Assembly: GCA_043806835.1 (NCBI GenBank)
Contig: JAZDGQ010000047.1
Location: 1-50,879 of the forward strand
From: Pseudomonadota bacterium
Lineage (GTDB): Bacteria > Pseudomonadota > Alphaproteobacteria > Micavibrionales > UBA2020
Direction of reading: 5' to 3'
Length of the DNA: 50,879 nucleotides
Shown here one piece after another: positions 26,703 through 37,348 of this stretch (position 1 is its first letter; every line of letters starts with the position of its first letter). The notes under the pieces are model-generated. The model made no database searches and was not told the DNA's origin. It saw only the letters and a program-made list of their open reading frames with translations. The position numbers and the translations under genes were made by a program.

Positions 26703-28982
26703 CTAGAATCTCGTGCCGAAACTGAACCTGAACTGCTGCACCTTGTCGAAGCTTTCCCTCAGCACCGGCCTTGACAGATCGATCCGTACGGGGCCTAAGG
26801 GCGAACGCCATGAAATCCCGCCGCCGGCGGCCATGCGCACGCTGCTCACATCCTGAATCCCGCCGCCGGAATCATCCAGCGTCCAGAGATCCCCGACATC
26901 GGAGAAAACGTGCGCCCGAAGCCCCAGATCCTCCGGAAGACCCGTCGGAAAATCAAGCTCGACAGACCCGCGCCAGAAGCGGTTGCCCCCGAGGGCGTCA
27001 TCGCTGCCAGAATCGCGGGGGCCGATGCCCGAATCCGCAAAGCCGCGCAGGGTATCCCCGCCCATGTAAAAGCGCTCGTTGATCCGCACCGTTTCGCCGC
27101 CCCAGCCGTGAATATATCCGACCTCGCCCAGCAGGCTGAGAACCCATTTGTCCACGACGGGGTAATAGTACGTTCCCCCGACACGGGCCTTGGCGTAACG
27201 CGCCTCGCCGCCAAGGCCGGCGACCTCGGTATTGATGCGGCCGATGAACCCTTCAGTCGGGGCAAGCCTGCTGTCCCTCGTGTCATAGATCAATGTCTGC
27301 GCGACGGCGGAGGTATCCCGCTTCCCCTCCTGCTGCTGGATGTAGAGAGAAGCCGTCGCCAGAACGTCGGTAATCTCGTTCCTCTCATACCTGTAATTCA
27401 GATTCTGACGCCATCTTTCCGACAGAGGATACCCGAGGCGCAGCCCCCCCCCCGACCGGCGGCTGTTGTAGGAACTCTGATCCTGGAGATCCTGCGTCAC
27501 GTGGAACAGATCGATCCCGGCACTCAGATCCCGTTTCAGGAAATAAGGCTCGGTAAAGCTGAAATTGAATTCGCTCTTCTTCGAAGCCAGCATCGAGGAC
27601 AACTGCAACTCCTGCCCCTTGCCGAGAAAGTTTCTCTCCTTGATCCGGAAGTCTGCCAGAGGGCCGTCCGTCGTGGAATATCCTGCCCCCACCGAAAGCT
27701 CCCCGGTTGACTTTTCATCGACCCTCACGTCGATGTTCGTCCTGTCGGGAGAACTGCCGGGACGCGGCCTGACTTCCGCCTTCTCGAAGAATCCGAGATC
27801 CCTGATCTGCTGCTCGGATTTTCTGATTCTGGAAGCATTGAAGGGATCCCCCTCCACCAGCTTCATCTCCCGGCGGATCACCTCGTCCAGAGTACGGGTA
27901 TTGCCGCTGATGTTGATGTTTTCGATGAAGGTCTTCTGCCCGTCATTGACGGTGAAAACGATGTCGACCGTCCGCGCGGGGCGGTTGCGGGTCACTGCCG
28001 GCTGAACGTCCACGAAAGCGAACTGGAGGTTGCCCAGCTCGTTCGTCATCCGGGTGATCGTGTCTTCTATCTCCCCCGCCCTGTACCAGTCGCCGGGTTT
28101 GAAAGCGACCGTGTCCTTCACGCGCGCCGCATTCAGCTCCGGAATTTTGCTCCGGACATCGACTTTGCCGATTTTGTACCGGTTCCCCTCCTCGACGGAG
28201 AACGTCACCAGGAAATCCTTGCGGTCCGGCGACAGCTCCGCGATCGCCGTGTCCACGCGGAAATCGGCGTACCCGTGCTCCAGATAAAATTTCCGCAGCA
28301 ATTCCTGGTCATAGGCGAGACGGTCGGGATCGTATTTGTCGTCCGACGTCCAGAACCTGTACCAGCGATCCTCCCGGCTGCGGATGACCTTCTGCAACTG
28401 CCCGTCGCTGTAGCGCCTGTTGCCGATGAAGCTGATGCGGGAAATCAGCGTTTCCGGACCTTCGCTGATTTCAAAAATCAGATTCACGCGGTTCTGGTCC
28501 ATTCTGATGATCTTGGGATCGACCACAGCCGAAAAACGCCCGGTCACCCGGTATATTTCCTGCACCCTCTCCGCATCCGCCAGGACTCTGGCGCGCGTCA
28601 GCACCTGCCGCGGCTTCAGCTGAAGCTCCGCCTGAAGATCCTCGGACTTTATCTTCTTGTTCCCCTCGAAACGGATTTCGTTGATAATCGGATTCTCCGT
28701 CACCGTCACCACGAGAGCCTGCCCCTGCTGGCGGATCGACACATCCGCAAAAAGCCCCGTCGCGTAAAGACTTTTCAGTGCGCGATCCAGCAGCGCCTGA
28801 TCGAACGGATCCCCATTCTGGAGATCGATGTAAGAGAGCACCGTCGCCGCCTCGATCCTCTGGTTGCCTTCCACCCTGATCTCGCGGATGACGTCGGCGG
28901 CAAAGGCCGCAGAGGCGAAAAACAGCACCGCCCCCAGCAGAAAGGCGACCGCAAGTTTCTGGAACATCAGGGATTTTTTCAT
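26703..28982 (-). CDS. bamA: Outer-membrane protein assembly factor BamA
   Basis: POTRA repeats (IRVEGNQRIE, IRFEGNKKI, ISGNTRTLDEVIRRE), LRGF motif and C-terminal FSFGTRF. Confidence 0.98.
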   Translation of the reverse strand: MKKSLMFQKLAVAFLLGAVLFFASAAFAADVIREIRVEGNQRIEAATVLSYIDLQNGDPFDQALLDRALKSLYATGLFADVSIRQQGQALVVTVTENPIINEIRFEGNKKIKSEDLQAELQLKPRQVLTRARVLADAERVQEIYRVTGRFSAVVDPKIIRMDQNRVNLIFEISEGPETLISRISFIGNRRYSDGQLQKVIRSREDRWYRFWTSDDKYDPDRLAYDQELLRKFYLEHGYADFRVDTAIAELSPDRKDFLVTFSVEEGNRYKIGKVDVRSKIPELNAARVKDTVAFKPGDWYRAGEIEDTITRMTNELGNLQFAFVDVQPAVTRNRPARTVDIVFTVNDGQKTFIENINISGNTRTLDEVIRREMKLVEGDPFNASRIRKSEQQIRDLGFFEKAEVRPRPGSSPDRTNIDVRVDEKSTGELSVGAGYSTTDGPLADFRIKERNFLGKGQELQLSSMLASKKSEFNFSFTEPYFLKRDLSAGIDLFHVTQDLQDQSSYNSRRSGGGLRLGYPLSERWRQNLNYRYERNEITDVLATASLYIQQQEGKRDTSAVAQTLIYDTRDSRLAPTEGFIGRINTEVAGLGGEARYAKARVGGTYYYPVVDKWVLSLLGEVGYIHGWGGETVRINERFYMGGDTLRGFADSGIGPRDSGSDDALGGNRFWRGSVELDFPTGLPEDLGLRAHVFSDVGDLWTLDDSGGGIQDVSSVRMAAGGGISWRSPLGPVRIDLSRPVLRESFDKVQQFRFSFGTRF

Positions 28983-29023
28983 GCTTTTCTTGCCGGTTTG
29001 ATTGGGGTCTATGAATCTTGAGC

Positions 29024-29365
29024 CTAGGATATCAGGTCTTTGAGGTAAGCCTCCACATTTGGGCAGAACTTGATAATACCAAGAATAACAATAGAGATAC
29101 CAAGATTGATGCCAAGATCAAACCAAAAAGACTCTAAGCCGTTGAATAGGGTGTCGTACACGAGGGTCAGAATAACAAGAAAGATGAAAAAAAACACGCC
29201 CGACATCAGAAGAGAGATCAGTTTTTCAAATATCCGGATGTGTTTTTTTACAGTTTTGTTGCCAGTTTCGTCGCTGGTCTGATTATCGGGGTCTATGATG
29301 ACATTTATTTCCTTGATGATTTTATCAGTTGCGGGGTTCTGTCCTTTATCAAATCCGTTCGCCAT
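29024..29365 (-). CDS. Small AT-rich two-TM hypothetical protein inserted between rseP and bamA
   Basis: 113-aa ORF, 35-42% GC in hand-counted 60-mers, two hydrophobic helices; the C-terminus resembles that of RseP. Confidence 0.6.
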   Translation of the reverse strand: MANGFDKGQNPATDKIIKEINVIIDPDNQTSDETGNKTVKKHIRIFEKLISLLMSGVFFFIFLVILTLVYDTLFNGLESFWFDLGINLGISIVILGIIKFCPNVEAYLKDLIS

Positions 29366-29462
29366 ATTATATTCACCATAAGGTCCCTAATGATATTTGT
29401 TCATACGCTGAACGACACTAGGTTATCAGGCTTTTGAGATAGGAAAACACTTTGAGCTGGAC
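29024..29462. repeat. Imperfect direct repeat of the rseP 3' end (29024-29069 vs 29418-29462)
   Basis: Hand alignment gives 33/46 identical, 20 of the first 24, both copies anchored on the TAG stop; ATAATACCAAG is also shared further in. Confidence 0.7.
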
Positions 29463-30623
29463 GAGATCATTCCACGTCGCAAACAGCATAATACCAAGTA
29501 AAGTCGCCAAGCCAACCCTTAAAGCATATTCCTGAAAGCGGTCACTCATCGGCTTTCCTTTGAGTGTTTCCATAGCATAGAACGTCAGATGTCCTCCATC
29601 CAATATGGGAATAGGGAGGAGGTTAATCAGCCCAAGATTAACTGACAGGAGCGCCGTAAAAGTAACCAGAGCCGTAAACCCCTGCTGGGCAAAATCCCCC
29701 GCATAGGCGCCGATCCGCAGGATACCTCCCAGTTCGTCGGCATCGCGAGTACCCATAAGAATCTGCCCGATGGCTTTCAGCGTATCGGCGGAAATCTCCC
29801 ACACCGTCTTGAACGACGCCGCAAAAGCGGAGACAGGGGTATGCTGTTTCATCGCAAAGGGCTTGGACGGGCTGATAACCCCGATCCTGCCCCGCTGACT
29901 CTTGAAGCCGAAACGATCCGTATCCTCCACCAGCACCGGCGTGACGCGCACGATCACAGGCTGATCGCTCCACTGATCTTTGCCTGTCGAATGCACCAGC
30001 GTGATGTCGATTGCCTTGTTCAGGCTGATGGCCGTGTACTGCGCCATATCCTGAAAGCGCTCGATCAGACGTCCGTTCATCGCGAGAATTTTATCGTCCG
30101 GCAGAATGCCCGCCTTTTCCGCCGGGGAACCAACCACCAGCTTGGCCACGATTGGCGGCGTATAGGGCTGCCCGCATATCGCATACAGAGCCGTCAGGAT
30201 GATGATGGCGAAAATGAAATTGACAGCCGGCCCCGCGACGATAATGGCGGAACGCTTTGCGACCGGTTGCGTGAAAAAAGCCACTTTCTTTTCTTCTTCC
30301 GTAAACGGACGTTTACGATCTCCCTCCTCGACCTCGTCTCTATGTTTAACGCTCGCCGGATCCGTGTCCCCGAACATCTGGACATACCCCCCCAGAGGCA
30401 CCCAGCTGAATTTCCAGCGCGTACCGGCCTTGTCTGTCCAACCAAAAATCTCCGCGCCGAAACCGATGGAGAACATTTCGACTTTCACCCCGCACAGCCG
30501 CGCAATGATGTAATGACCCCATTCATGGACAAACACCAGAATGCTCAGAACCACCACAAAAGGAAGAATATAAGTTGTCAGAAAATCCGCCGGTGTGGTG
30601 AGGAATTTTTGCAGCATCTCCAT
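29418..30623 (-). CDS. rseP: RIP metalloprotease RseP
   Basis: HEWGH, PLGGYV, PDZ domain and NLLPIPILDGGH. Confidence 0.97.
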   Translation of the reverse strand: MEMLQKFLTTPADFLTTYILPFVVVLSILVFVHEWGHYIIARLCGVKVEMFSIGFGAEIFGWTDKAGTRWKFSWVPLGGYVQMFGDTDPASVKHRDEVEEGDRKRPFTEEEKKVAFFTQPVAKRSAIIVAGPAVNFIFAIIILTALYAICGQPYTPPIVAKLVVGSPAEKAGILPDDKILAMNGRLIERFQDMAQYTAISLNKAIDITLVHSTGKDQWSDQPVIVRVTPVLVEDTDRFGFKSQRGRIGVISPSKPFAMKQHTPVSAFAASFKTVWEISADTLKAIGQILMGTRDADELGGILRIGAYAGDFAQQGFTALVTFTALLSVNLGLINLLPIPILDGGHLTFYAMETLKGKPMSDRFQEYALRVGLATLLGIMLFATWNDLVQLKVFSYLKSLIT

Positions 30624-30675
30624 TTAAAAAAGCCTTTCCCGAATTTTTTATCATTCTGAGTTTTTCAGCAACCGA

Positions 30676-31866
30676 TCAGTCTACTCCTGCAACAACCTTC
30701 TCCGCAATACGCCGCGCATCGAGATCAAGCCGAAAAACGTCCTGAATGCCCGACATGGACTGAACAGGCACGATTTGCAGGACTTCCCCGACAACACGTT
30801 CTATTTCGGAAAAATTCAGCCTGCGGGACAAGAATGCCCCTACCGCCACCTCGTTGGCGGCATTAAACACAACGGGAGCACCGGAGCCCGCCTGTAAGGC
30901 CTGCCGCGCCATTTTCAGCACAGGAAACCTTTCCGGATCGACGGGCTCGAATGACATGCTGAAGCTGTTTGACAGATCAAGAGTATCGCCGGTCGTCCTC
31001 ATGCGCTCCGGCCACGCCAGAGTATGCGCTATGGGCGTTCGCATATCCGGCGCTCCCATTTGCGACAATACAGACCCGTCAATGTACTCCACCATTGAAT
31101 GAACGACAGACTGCGGGTGGATCAATACGTCAATCTTCCCGGATTCAAGCTGAAAAAGATAGCTCGCCTCAATGATTTCCAGAGCTTTGTTCATCATCGT
31201 GGCGCTGTCGACGGAAATCTTCGCGCCCATCGACCAGGTGGGATGCTTCATGGCCTGCTCCGGCGTCACATCCCGCAATTCCTCCCGCGTCCTCCGCAGG
31301 AACGGCCCGCCCGATGCCGTCAGAACGATCCGCCTGATCTGCGTGTGCTGCTTTGCGTTCAGAACTTGAAAAACCGCATTATGCTCACTATCGACGGGGA
31401 GAAGGGTCGCCCCGTGTTTTCGCACCGCCTCCATCATGAACGATCCGGCGCAGACGAGGGATTCTTTATTCGCGAGAGCCACCGTGGTTCCCTGCCGGAT
31501 CGCCTCCAGGGTCGCCTCAACCCCTACGGCTCCCACAATCGCCGCCATCACCCAGTCCGCCGGAAGCCCCGCCGCCGACACGACAGCCGCTTGTCCGGCC
31601 TCGGCCATGACGGACGTCCCTTCCAGAGCCGCCTTTAAATCGCCGTACAGCGACTCGTCGGCGATGACGGCGACTTCGGCATGGAGATCCCGCGCCTGCC
31701 TTGCAAGAAGTCCGACATTTTTATGGGCAGTCAGTGCGCGTATTTTGAATTTTTCGCGATGCCCGGAAATCAGGTCAACGGTGCTGCGCCCCACGGAGCC
31801 AGTGGAGCCGAGGATCGTGACGGTTCTTGGAGGCGCGTCCGGAGAAAGGAGGGGGGATGTTTTCAT
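30676..31866 (-). CDS. dxr: 1-deoxy-D-xylulose-5-phosphate reductoisomerase
   Basis: ILGSTGSVG, LANKESLV, PVDSEHNA, HPTWSMGAKISVDSATMMNK and NAANEVAV. Confidence 0.98.
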   Translation of the reverse strand: MKTSPLLSPDAPPRTVTILGSTGSVGRSTVDLISGHREKFKIRALTAHKNVGLLARQARDLHAEVAVIADESLYGDLKAALEGTSVMAEAGQAAVVSAAGLPADWVMAAIVGAVGVEATLEAIRQGTTVALANKESLVCAGSFMMEAVRKHGATLLPVDSEHNAVFQVLNAKQHTQIRRIVLTASGGPFLRRTREELRDVTPEQAMKHPTWSMGAKISVDSATMMNKALEIIEASYLFQLESGKIDVLIHPQSVVHSMVEYIDGSVLSQMGAPDMRTPIAHTLAWPERMRTTGDTLDLSNSFSMSFEPVDPERFPVLKMARQALQAGSGAPVVFNAANEVAVGAFLSRRLNFSEIERVVGEVLQIVPVQSMSGIQDVFRLDLDARRIAEKVVAGVD

Positions 31867-32580
31867 TTAAGATTTAAGAAGGAACGCCAGCATTCCAAAA
31901 ATCAACGACACCATCAACAACGCATCAATGCGGTCAAGAATGCCGCCGTGGCCGGGGATAAGGGTGCCCGTGTCCTTAAGGCCGTAGCGCCGCTTGAAAA
32001 CAGACTTCAGCAGGTCGCCCGCCTGGCCAAACATGCCAAGGACGAAACCCATGGCAAAATAATAATACCCCGTCCCGGACTGATCGCCAATCGTGATGAT
32101 ATGAAACTTTGACAAAACCCACGGATGCCAAAACGCCGCCGCAACGATCCCCGCTCCAACACTGCTGCCGATGAAACCAGACCAGGTTTTATTGGGGCTG
32201 ATCTTCGGCGCCAGTTTCGGCCCGCCGATGGCCTTTCCCGTGAAATAAGCAAAAGTGTCGCTTGCCCAGACAACCAGCAACAGCATCAACATGGTATGAA
32301 GCCCCTGCGTAGTGTCATTCCGCAACCATACCATGCTGCCGATGGAAAGGCTGATATAGGCGCAGCCTGAAAGAAGGAAAATCGCGCGATGTTTTTTTTC
32401 GTTCAGGACCATCCGCATCCATTCATAAAGTCCCGCCCCGGCAGCCGCTATCATCAGCAAAGCAAACGGGATGCCTCCCAGATAAATAACAGCCAGGACG
32501 ACGGGGGCAAAAATCAGGGCAGACTTCACTCGAGTCTTGAGTGAGCTGTCGATTTTTTTCTGGATAGTTTCCTCCGTCAT
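31867..32580 (-). CDS. cdsA: Phosphatidate cytidylyltransferase
   Basis: WASDTFAYF, KLAPKISPNKTW and PGHGGILDRID. The start at 32580 overlaps the uppS stop. Confidence 0.96.
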   Translation of the reverse strand: MTEETIQKKIDSSLKTRVKSALIFAPVVLAVIYLGGIPFALLMIAAAGAGLYEWMRMVLNEKKHRAIFLLSGCAYISLSIGSMVWLRNDTTQGLHTMLMLLLVVWASDTFAYFTGKAIGGPKLAPKISPNKTWSGFIGSSVGAGIVAAAFWHPWVLSKFHIITIGDQSGTGYYYFAMGFVLGMFGQAGDLLKSVFKRRYGLKDTGTLIPGHGGILDRIDALLMVSLIFGMLAFLLKS

Positions 32581-33305
32581 CCCTGCATCTCCTTTGTCCG
32601 GGAAGCCCCGCCGTAGCGGCGGTCGCGGCTGCTGAAGAAGGCGACGGCCTCCTCCATGTCTTTTTTGGAAAAGTCCGGCCACAGCGTCCCTGTGAAATAA
32701 AGCTCCGCGTAGGCAAGCTGCCATATCATGAAATTGCTGATCCGGCTTTCGCCGCTGGTGCGGATCATCAGGTCGGGATCGGGGATGCTTCCGGTCATGA
32801 GATGCCGGGAAAAAGTATCCTCGTCGATTTTTTCGGGATCGACGGCGCCCGCTTTCGCCTGTCGCGCCAGTTCCCGCGCGGCGAACAGGATATCCTGCCG
32901 CCCGCCATAGCTGAGCGCCAGCACCACGGTGATTTTGCCATTGCCTTCGGTGAGTTTTTCGGCGTTTTCGATCAGCTGCACGATGTCCTGCGACAGCCGC
33001 GTCCTGTCCCCGATCACCCGCAGCCGCACCCCGCGCTCATGCAGCCCTGCGGTTTCCTTTTTCAGGTAATACCGCAGAAGATCCATGAGATCGCCGATTT
33101 CCCCGGCGGGACGGTTCCAGTTTTCGGAGGAAAAGCCGAACAGCGTCAGGTACGGAATACCAATGTCTATGGCGGATTCCACGGCGACTCTGGCCGCCAC
33201 GGCGCCTTTCCTGTGACCCTCGACGCGGTTCAGGCCGCGCGCCGCCGCCCAGCGTCCGTTACCGTCCATGATGATGGCGACGTGCGCTGGAACATTCATC
33301 GGCAT
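32577..33305 (-). CDS. uppS: Isoprenyl transferase (undecaprenyl diphosphate synthase)
   Basis: HVAIIMDGNGRWA, FGFSSENWNRP, RTSGESRISNF and WPDF. Start at 33305 (or 33299). Confidence 0.97.
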   Translation of the reverse strand: MPMNVPAHVAIIMDGNGRWAAARGLNRVEGHRKGAVAARVAVESAIDIGIPYLTLFGFSSENWNRPAGEIGDLMDLLRYYLKKETAGLHERGVRLRVIGDRTRLSQDIVQLIENAEKLTEGNGKITVVLALSYGGRQDILFAARELARQAKAGAVDPEKIDEDTFSRHLMTGSIPDPDLMIRTSGESRISNFMIWQLAYAELYFTGTLWPDFSKKDMEEAVAFFSSRDRRYGGASRTKEMQG

Positions 33306-33850
33306 CAAACCTGCCTGATTTCCTGCTCCTTGTGAGCAAGCGTATCGTCGATTTTCTTGATCCAGATATCCGTCATTTTCTGGATCTTGTCTTCCGTCTT
33401 CTTCATTTCGTCTTCGGACAGCTTGCTTTTCTTGGCGCTCTCCATGCCCTCGCGGCGGATATTGCGCACGGCGACCCTGGCCTGCTCGGCGTACCTGGCC
33501 GCCACCTTGGCCAGCTCCACCCGGCGCTCTTCGGTCAGACCCGGCAGGGGCACGCGGATGAGCGACCCGGCAGGCTGCGGATTTAAGCCAAGACCAGCGT
33601 TTGAAATCGCCTTTTCCACGGCTTTGGTGTTGTTGGCGTCCCATACCTGCACGGTCAGCAGGCGCGGTTCCGGCGCATTGACGGAGGCCACCTGATTGAG
33701 AGGCATCCTGCTGCCGTAAACCTCAACGACAACGCCGTCCAGCAGACCGGCGGAAGCGCGTCCCGTACGCAGGCCACCGAACTCCTTGCTCAGCACATCG
33801 AAAGAACCCTGCATCCGGCGGTCAAATTCGCCCAGATCCATATCCGTCAT
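33305..33850 (-). CDS. frr: Ribosome recycling factor
   Basis: LRTGRAS, VQVWD, LTEERR and [10 protein letters not shown]. The start at 33850 overlaps the pyrH stop. Confidence 0.97.
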   Translation of the reverse strand: MTDMDLGEFDRRMQGSFDVLSKEFGGLRTGRASAGLLDGVVVEVYGSRMPLNQVASVNAPEPRLLTVQVWDANNTKAVEKAISNAGLGLNPQPAGSLIRVPLPGLTEERRVELAKVAARYAEQARVAVRNIRREGMESAKKSKLSEDEMKKTEDKIQKMTDIWIKKIDDTLAHKEQEIRQV

Positions 33851-34578
33851 CTTGAACCCTCCTCCTTCATCACGACAGTGCATTCCCCACGGCCCTGCAT
33901 CAGTTCGGCGAAGGCTCCCGGACGCTTGATGGAGAACACGATCACCGGAATGTCGTTTTCGCGCGCCAGAGAAATGGCGGCGGCGTCCATGACGCCCAGA
34001 TCCTTCGACAGGACTTCCAGATAGGTGAGCCTGTCGATTTTCTTGGCGTCCGGAAATTTCGCGGGATCGGCCTCGTAGATACCGTCCACCTTGGTGCCCT
34101 TGAGCAGCGCGTCGCAGCCCATCTCGGAAGCGCGCAGCGCCGCCGCCGTGTCGGTCGTGAAGAACGGATTGCCCGTTCCCGCCGCGAAGATCACCACCCT
34201 GCCCTTTTCCATGTGGTGCATGGCGCGGCGGCGGATGTAGGGCTCGCAGACCGTCGGCATGGGGATGGCGGACAGGACGCGCGTGTCGAGACCCAGCTTT
34301 TCGAGGGCGTTCTGCATGGCGAGGGAATTGATGACCGTGGCAAGCATCCCCATGTAGTCGGCGGCGGCGCGATCCATCCCGACGGCGGCTCCGGAAACGC
34401 CGCGAAAAATATTTCCGCCCCCGATCACCAGGCATACCTCGACGCCTATCCCGGCGACTTCCTTCACATCCTTCGCGATGCGGGCGACCATGCCGGGCTC
34501 AATGCCGTAGTCCCCTTCCCCCATCAGGGTCTCGCCCGATATCTTCAGAAGAACGCGCTTGAACCGCGGTTTCGGCAT
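33847..34578 (-). CDS. pyrH: UMP kinase
   Basis: [25 protein letters not shown] and [16 protein letters not shown]. Confidence 0.98.
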   Translation of the reverse strand: MPKPRFKRVLLKISGETLMGEGDYGIEPGMVARIAKDVKEVAGIGVEVCLVIGGGNIFRGVSGAAVGMDRAAADYMGMLATVINSLAMQNALEKLGLDTRVLSAIPMPTVCEPYIRRRAMHHMEKGRVVIFAAGTGNPFFTTDTAAALRASEMGCDALLKGTKVDGIYEADPAKFPDAKKIDRLTYLEVLSKDLGVMDAAAISLARENDIPVIVFSIKRPGAFAELMQGRGECTVVMKEEGSR

Positions 34579-34603
34579 CTTTATAAAACTCCCTACCTCT
34601 GCG

Positions 34604-35527
34604 TCACCCCGCCGCCATCTTCGCGACTTCGGACGCGAAATCGCCGGCCTTTTTCTCGACGCCTTCGCCAAGTTCGTAACGGATAAAACCCGCGATCTTC
34701 ACGGAAGACCCGACTTCCCTGCCCACTTTTTCAAGCACAGACGAAATCTTGCTCTCGCCGTCGACGACGAAGGTCTGCTCCAGCAGGACGGCCTGCTCGT
34801 AGAACTTGCGGAGGCTGCCCTCGACCATCTTTTCGACGATCTCGGCGGGCTTGCCGCTTTGCCTGGCCTTGTCCGCGTAAACGGAACGCTCGCGCGCGAC
34901 GGTGTCTTTGCTCAGGGAGGCGACATCCAGCGATTCAGGACGGGCAGCAGCAATATGCATCGCCAGCTGGCGGCCAAGCGCGGAAAGCCGCTCGACGCTC
35001 CCGGACGACTCAATCGCCGCCAGAACGCCGATCTTGCCGCGGTTCGGCGCTGCGGCATTGTGGACGTAGGTGGCCACGACGCCCTGACCGACCATCAGAA
35101 GCTGCATCCGGCGGAGAGCCATGTTCTCGCCGATCGTGGCGATCAGCGCCGTCAGCGCCGCCTCGACGGTGCCGCCGTCCAGGCTGGCAGCCTTCAGCTC
35201 CTCGATGGTGCCGATTTTATCCCTCAGCGCCAGATCGGTGATCTGCGCCAGAAAATTCTGGAAGTGCTCGTTGCGCGCCACGAAGTCTGTTTCGGCGTTG
35301 AGCTCGATCACGACCGCCGCGTTCCCCCTGGAAGCGACGCCGATCAGCCCCTCCGCAACCGTCCGGCCGGACTTTTTCGTCGCCGTGGCAAGCCCTTTCT
35401 TGCGGAGATGATCCATCGCCGCCTCCACGTCGCCTTTGGTCTCGGTAAGGGCCTTTTTGCAATCCAGCATGCCCGCGCCGCTTTTCTCGCGAAGCTCTTT
35501 TACGAGAGTTGCGCTGATTTCCGTCAT
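34604..35527 (-). CDS. tsf: Elongation factor Ts
   Basis: [27 protein letters not shown] and MHIAAA.P. Confidence 0.98.
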   Translation of the reverse strand: MTEISATLVKELREKSGAGMLDCKKALTETKGDVEAAMDHLRKKGLATATKKSGRTVAEGLIGVASRGNAAVVIELNAETDFVARNEHFQNFLAQITDLALRDKIGTIEELKAASLDGGTVEAALTALIATIGENMALRRMQLLMVGQGVVATYVHNAAAPNRGKIGVLAAIESSGSVERLSALGRQLAMHIAAARPESLDVASLSKDTVARERSVYADKARQSGKPAEIVEKMVEGSLRKFYEQAVLLEQTFVVDGESKISSVLEKVGREVGSSVKIAGFIRYELGEGVEKKAGDFASEVAKMAAG

Positions 35528-35553
35528 TTTTTTATGTTCCTTTTTTTCGAGGG

Positions 35554-36345
35554 TCAACCCGCCGCCACCGAGACTTTCAGTTCCACGGCCCCATCCAGAT
35601 TTTCAGGGGCCGGATTGGCGGAGGCACCGACATCCACACCCGAAGCAGAGACTTCCGCCTGCAGCCCGTCCAGAACGGCCTCCGCGAACAGGTCGCAGTA
35701 GGTGTTGATGGCGCGGGTGGCGTCGTCGTTGCCGGGGATCGGAAAATCAATGCCGTCCGGATCGCAGTTGCTGTCAACGACGGCGAACACGGGAATGCCC
35801 AGCTTGCGCGCCTCCAGAATGGCGTTGGCTTCCTTGTTGGTGTCGATCACGACCATCGCGTCGGGAAGGCCGCCCATCTCCTTGATTCCGCCAAGCGCTT
35901 TTTCGAGCTTGTCCTTCTCGCGGGCGAGGCTGGTCTGCTCCTTCTTGGTCAGCGCGTGCTTGATCTCCTCGTTGTTGAGCATTTCATCGACAGTGCGCAG
36001 GCGCTTGATGGAGGCGGAAATCGTGCCCCAGTTCGTCAGCATCCCGCCGAGCCAGCGGTAGTTCACGTAGTACTGGCCGCAGCGCTTGGCCGTCTCCGCG
36101 ATTTTCTCGGACGCCTGCCGCTTCGTGCCGACGAAGAGGACGCGGCCGCCGCTGGCCGCGATATCACGCACATTTTTCAGAGCATGGTGAAGCATCGGCA
36201 CCGTCAGCTCGAGGTTGATGATATGAATTTTATTCCGTTCGCCGAAAATATAGGGCTTCATTTTCGGGTTCCAGCGGCGGGTATGGTGGCCGAAGTGAAT
36301 CCCGGCCTCCAGAAGCTGGCGCATGGTGAATACAGGCATCGTCAT
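35554..36345 (-). CDS. rpsB: 30S ribosomal protein S2
   Basis: [35 protein letters not shown] and PGNDDA. Confidence 0.99.
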   Translation of the reverse strand: MTMPVFTMRQLLEAGIHFGHHTRRWNPKMKPYIFGERNKIHIINLELTVPMLHHALKNVRDIAASGGRVLFVGTKRQASEKIAETAKRCGQYYVNYRWLGGMLTNWGTISASIKRLRTVDEMLNNEEIKHALTKKEQTSLAREKDKLEKALGGIKEMGGLPDAMVVIDTNKEANAILEARKLGIPVFAVVDSNCDPDGIDFPIPGNDDATRAINTYCDLFAEAVLDGLQAEVSASGVDVGASANPAPENLDGAVELKVSVAAG

Positions 36346-36649
36346 AGGTGCAAGTCCCTTCCTCGGTTTAACCTCTGCAGGCAATCAGTCCGTCTCCGGA
36401 CACCGATGCGGTTTTTAAAAACCGGCACTGGCCTGCATGTGAATTGGCGGCCTCCCGAACCATTCGGGAGCCTCGCCTAGCACTCCTTCATAGTGGATCT
36501 CCCTTAATTTTGCAAAGAGAACTTCAGGAAATACCTGAATATTATGGCGCACAAGCCTTGGACTTTGCTTATTATTATTTTCATAATATCAATTTCATGG
36601 TCCGTTCCCAATTCAGGCAGAAAAAGTCTGCTCCGCCGATTATCACTTT

Positions 36650-37345
36650 CTAACTTCCCTTCTTCTCCCGCCACAAAGCGTCCTTGATTCCGTCGAGCAG
36701 GGCTTCGTGCGCCTTGAGTTCTTCCGCCGAGGGCGGGAAGGCGCGGACGGGGCGTTTCTGGCGTTTGATCCGGGCGTTCAGCTGCTGCGATTGCTGGGCG
36801 GCAATCTCGCTCCCGAGACCGAGGCCGTGCTGACGCCCGCCGATCAATTCCAGATAGACTTCAGACAGGAGTTCGGCATCAAGCAGCGCGCCGTGGAGCT
36901 TCCTCTCCGAGTTGTCGATCTTGAAGCGGCGGCAGAGCGCGTCGAGGTTGGCGGGCTGTCCCGGAAATTTCTGCCGCGCCAGGGGCAGCGTGTCGATCAC
37001 CCTGTCCATGGAGAGACTCCTGAAGCCGGCAGCCTTCAACTCCGCATTGATGAACTTCATGTCGAATTCGGCGTTGTGGATGACGAGAACGGCGTCTCCG
37101 ATGAACTCGAGGAAGGCGTCCACCTTTTCGGTGAACAGGGGATGCTCTTTAAGAAATTCGGCGGTCAGGCCATGCACGCGCGTCGCGTCCGGCGGAACGT
37201 CCCGCATCGGGTTCAGATAGGTCTGAAACACACTTCCGGTCGCCAGGTGATTGACCAGCTCCAGGCAGCCGATCTCGACCAGCCGGTGGCCGTCAACCGG
37301 GTCGAGACCCGTCGTTTCCGTATCGAGGACGATCTCGCGCTCCAT
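36650..37345 (-). CDS. dnaQ: DNA polymerase III epsilon subunit
   Basis: IVLDTETTG, HNAEFD and HGALLDA (ExoI-III motifs). Confidence 0.97.
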   Translation of the reverse strand: MEREIVLDTETTGLDPVDGHRLVEIGCLELVNHLATGSVFQTYLNPMRDVPPDATRVHGLTAEFLKEHPLFTEKVDAFLEFIGDAVLVIHNAEFDMKFINAELKAAGFRSLSMDRVIDTLPLARQKFPGQPANLDALCRRFKIDNSERKLHGALLDAELLSEVYLELIGGRQHGLGLGSEIAAQQSQQLNARIKRQKRPVRAFPPSAEELKAHEALLDGIKDALWREKKGS

Positions 37346-37348
37346 GCC

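Noticed and set aside
29024-29462. DGR template/variable repeat pair
   Set aside because: Mismatches are not confined to adenines of one copy on either strand, and no reverse transcriptase is present.
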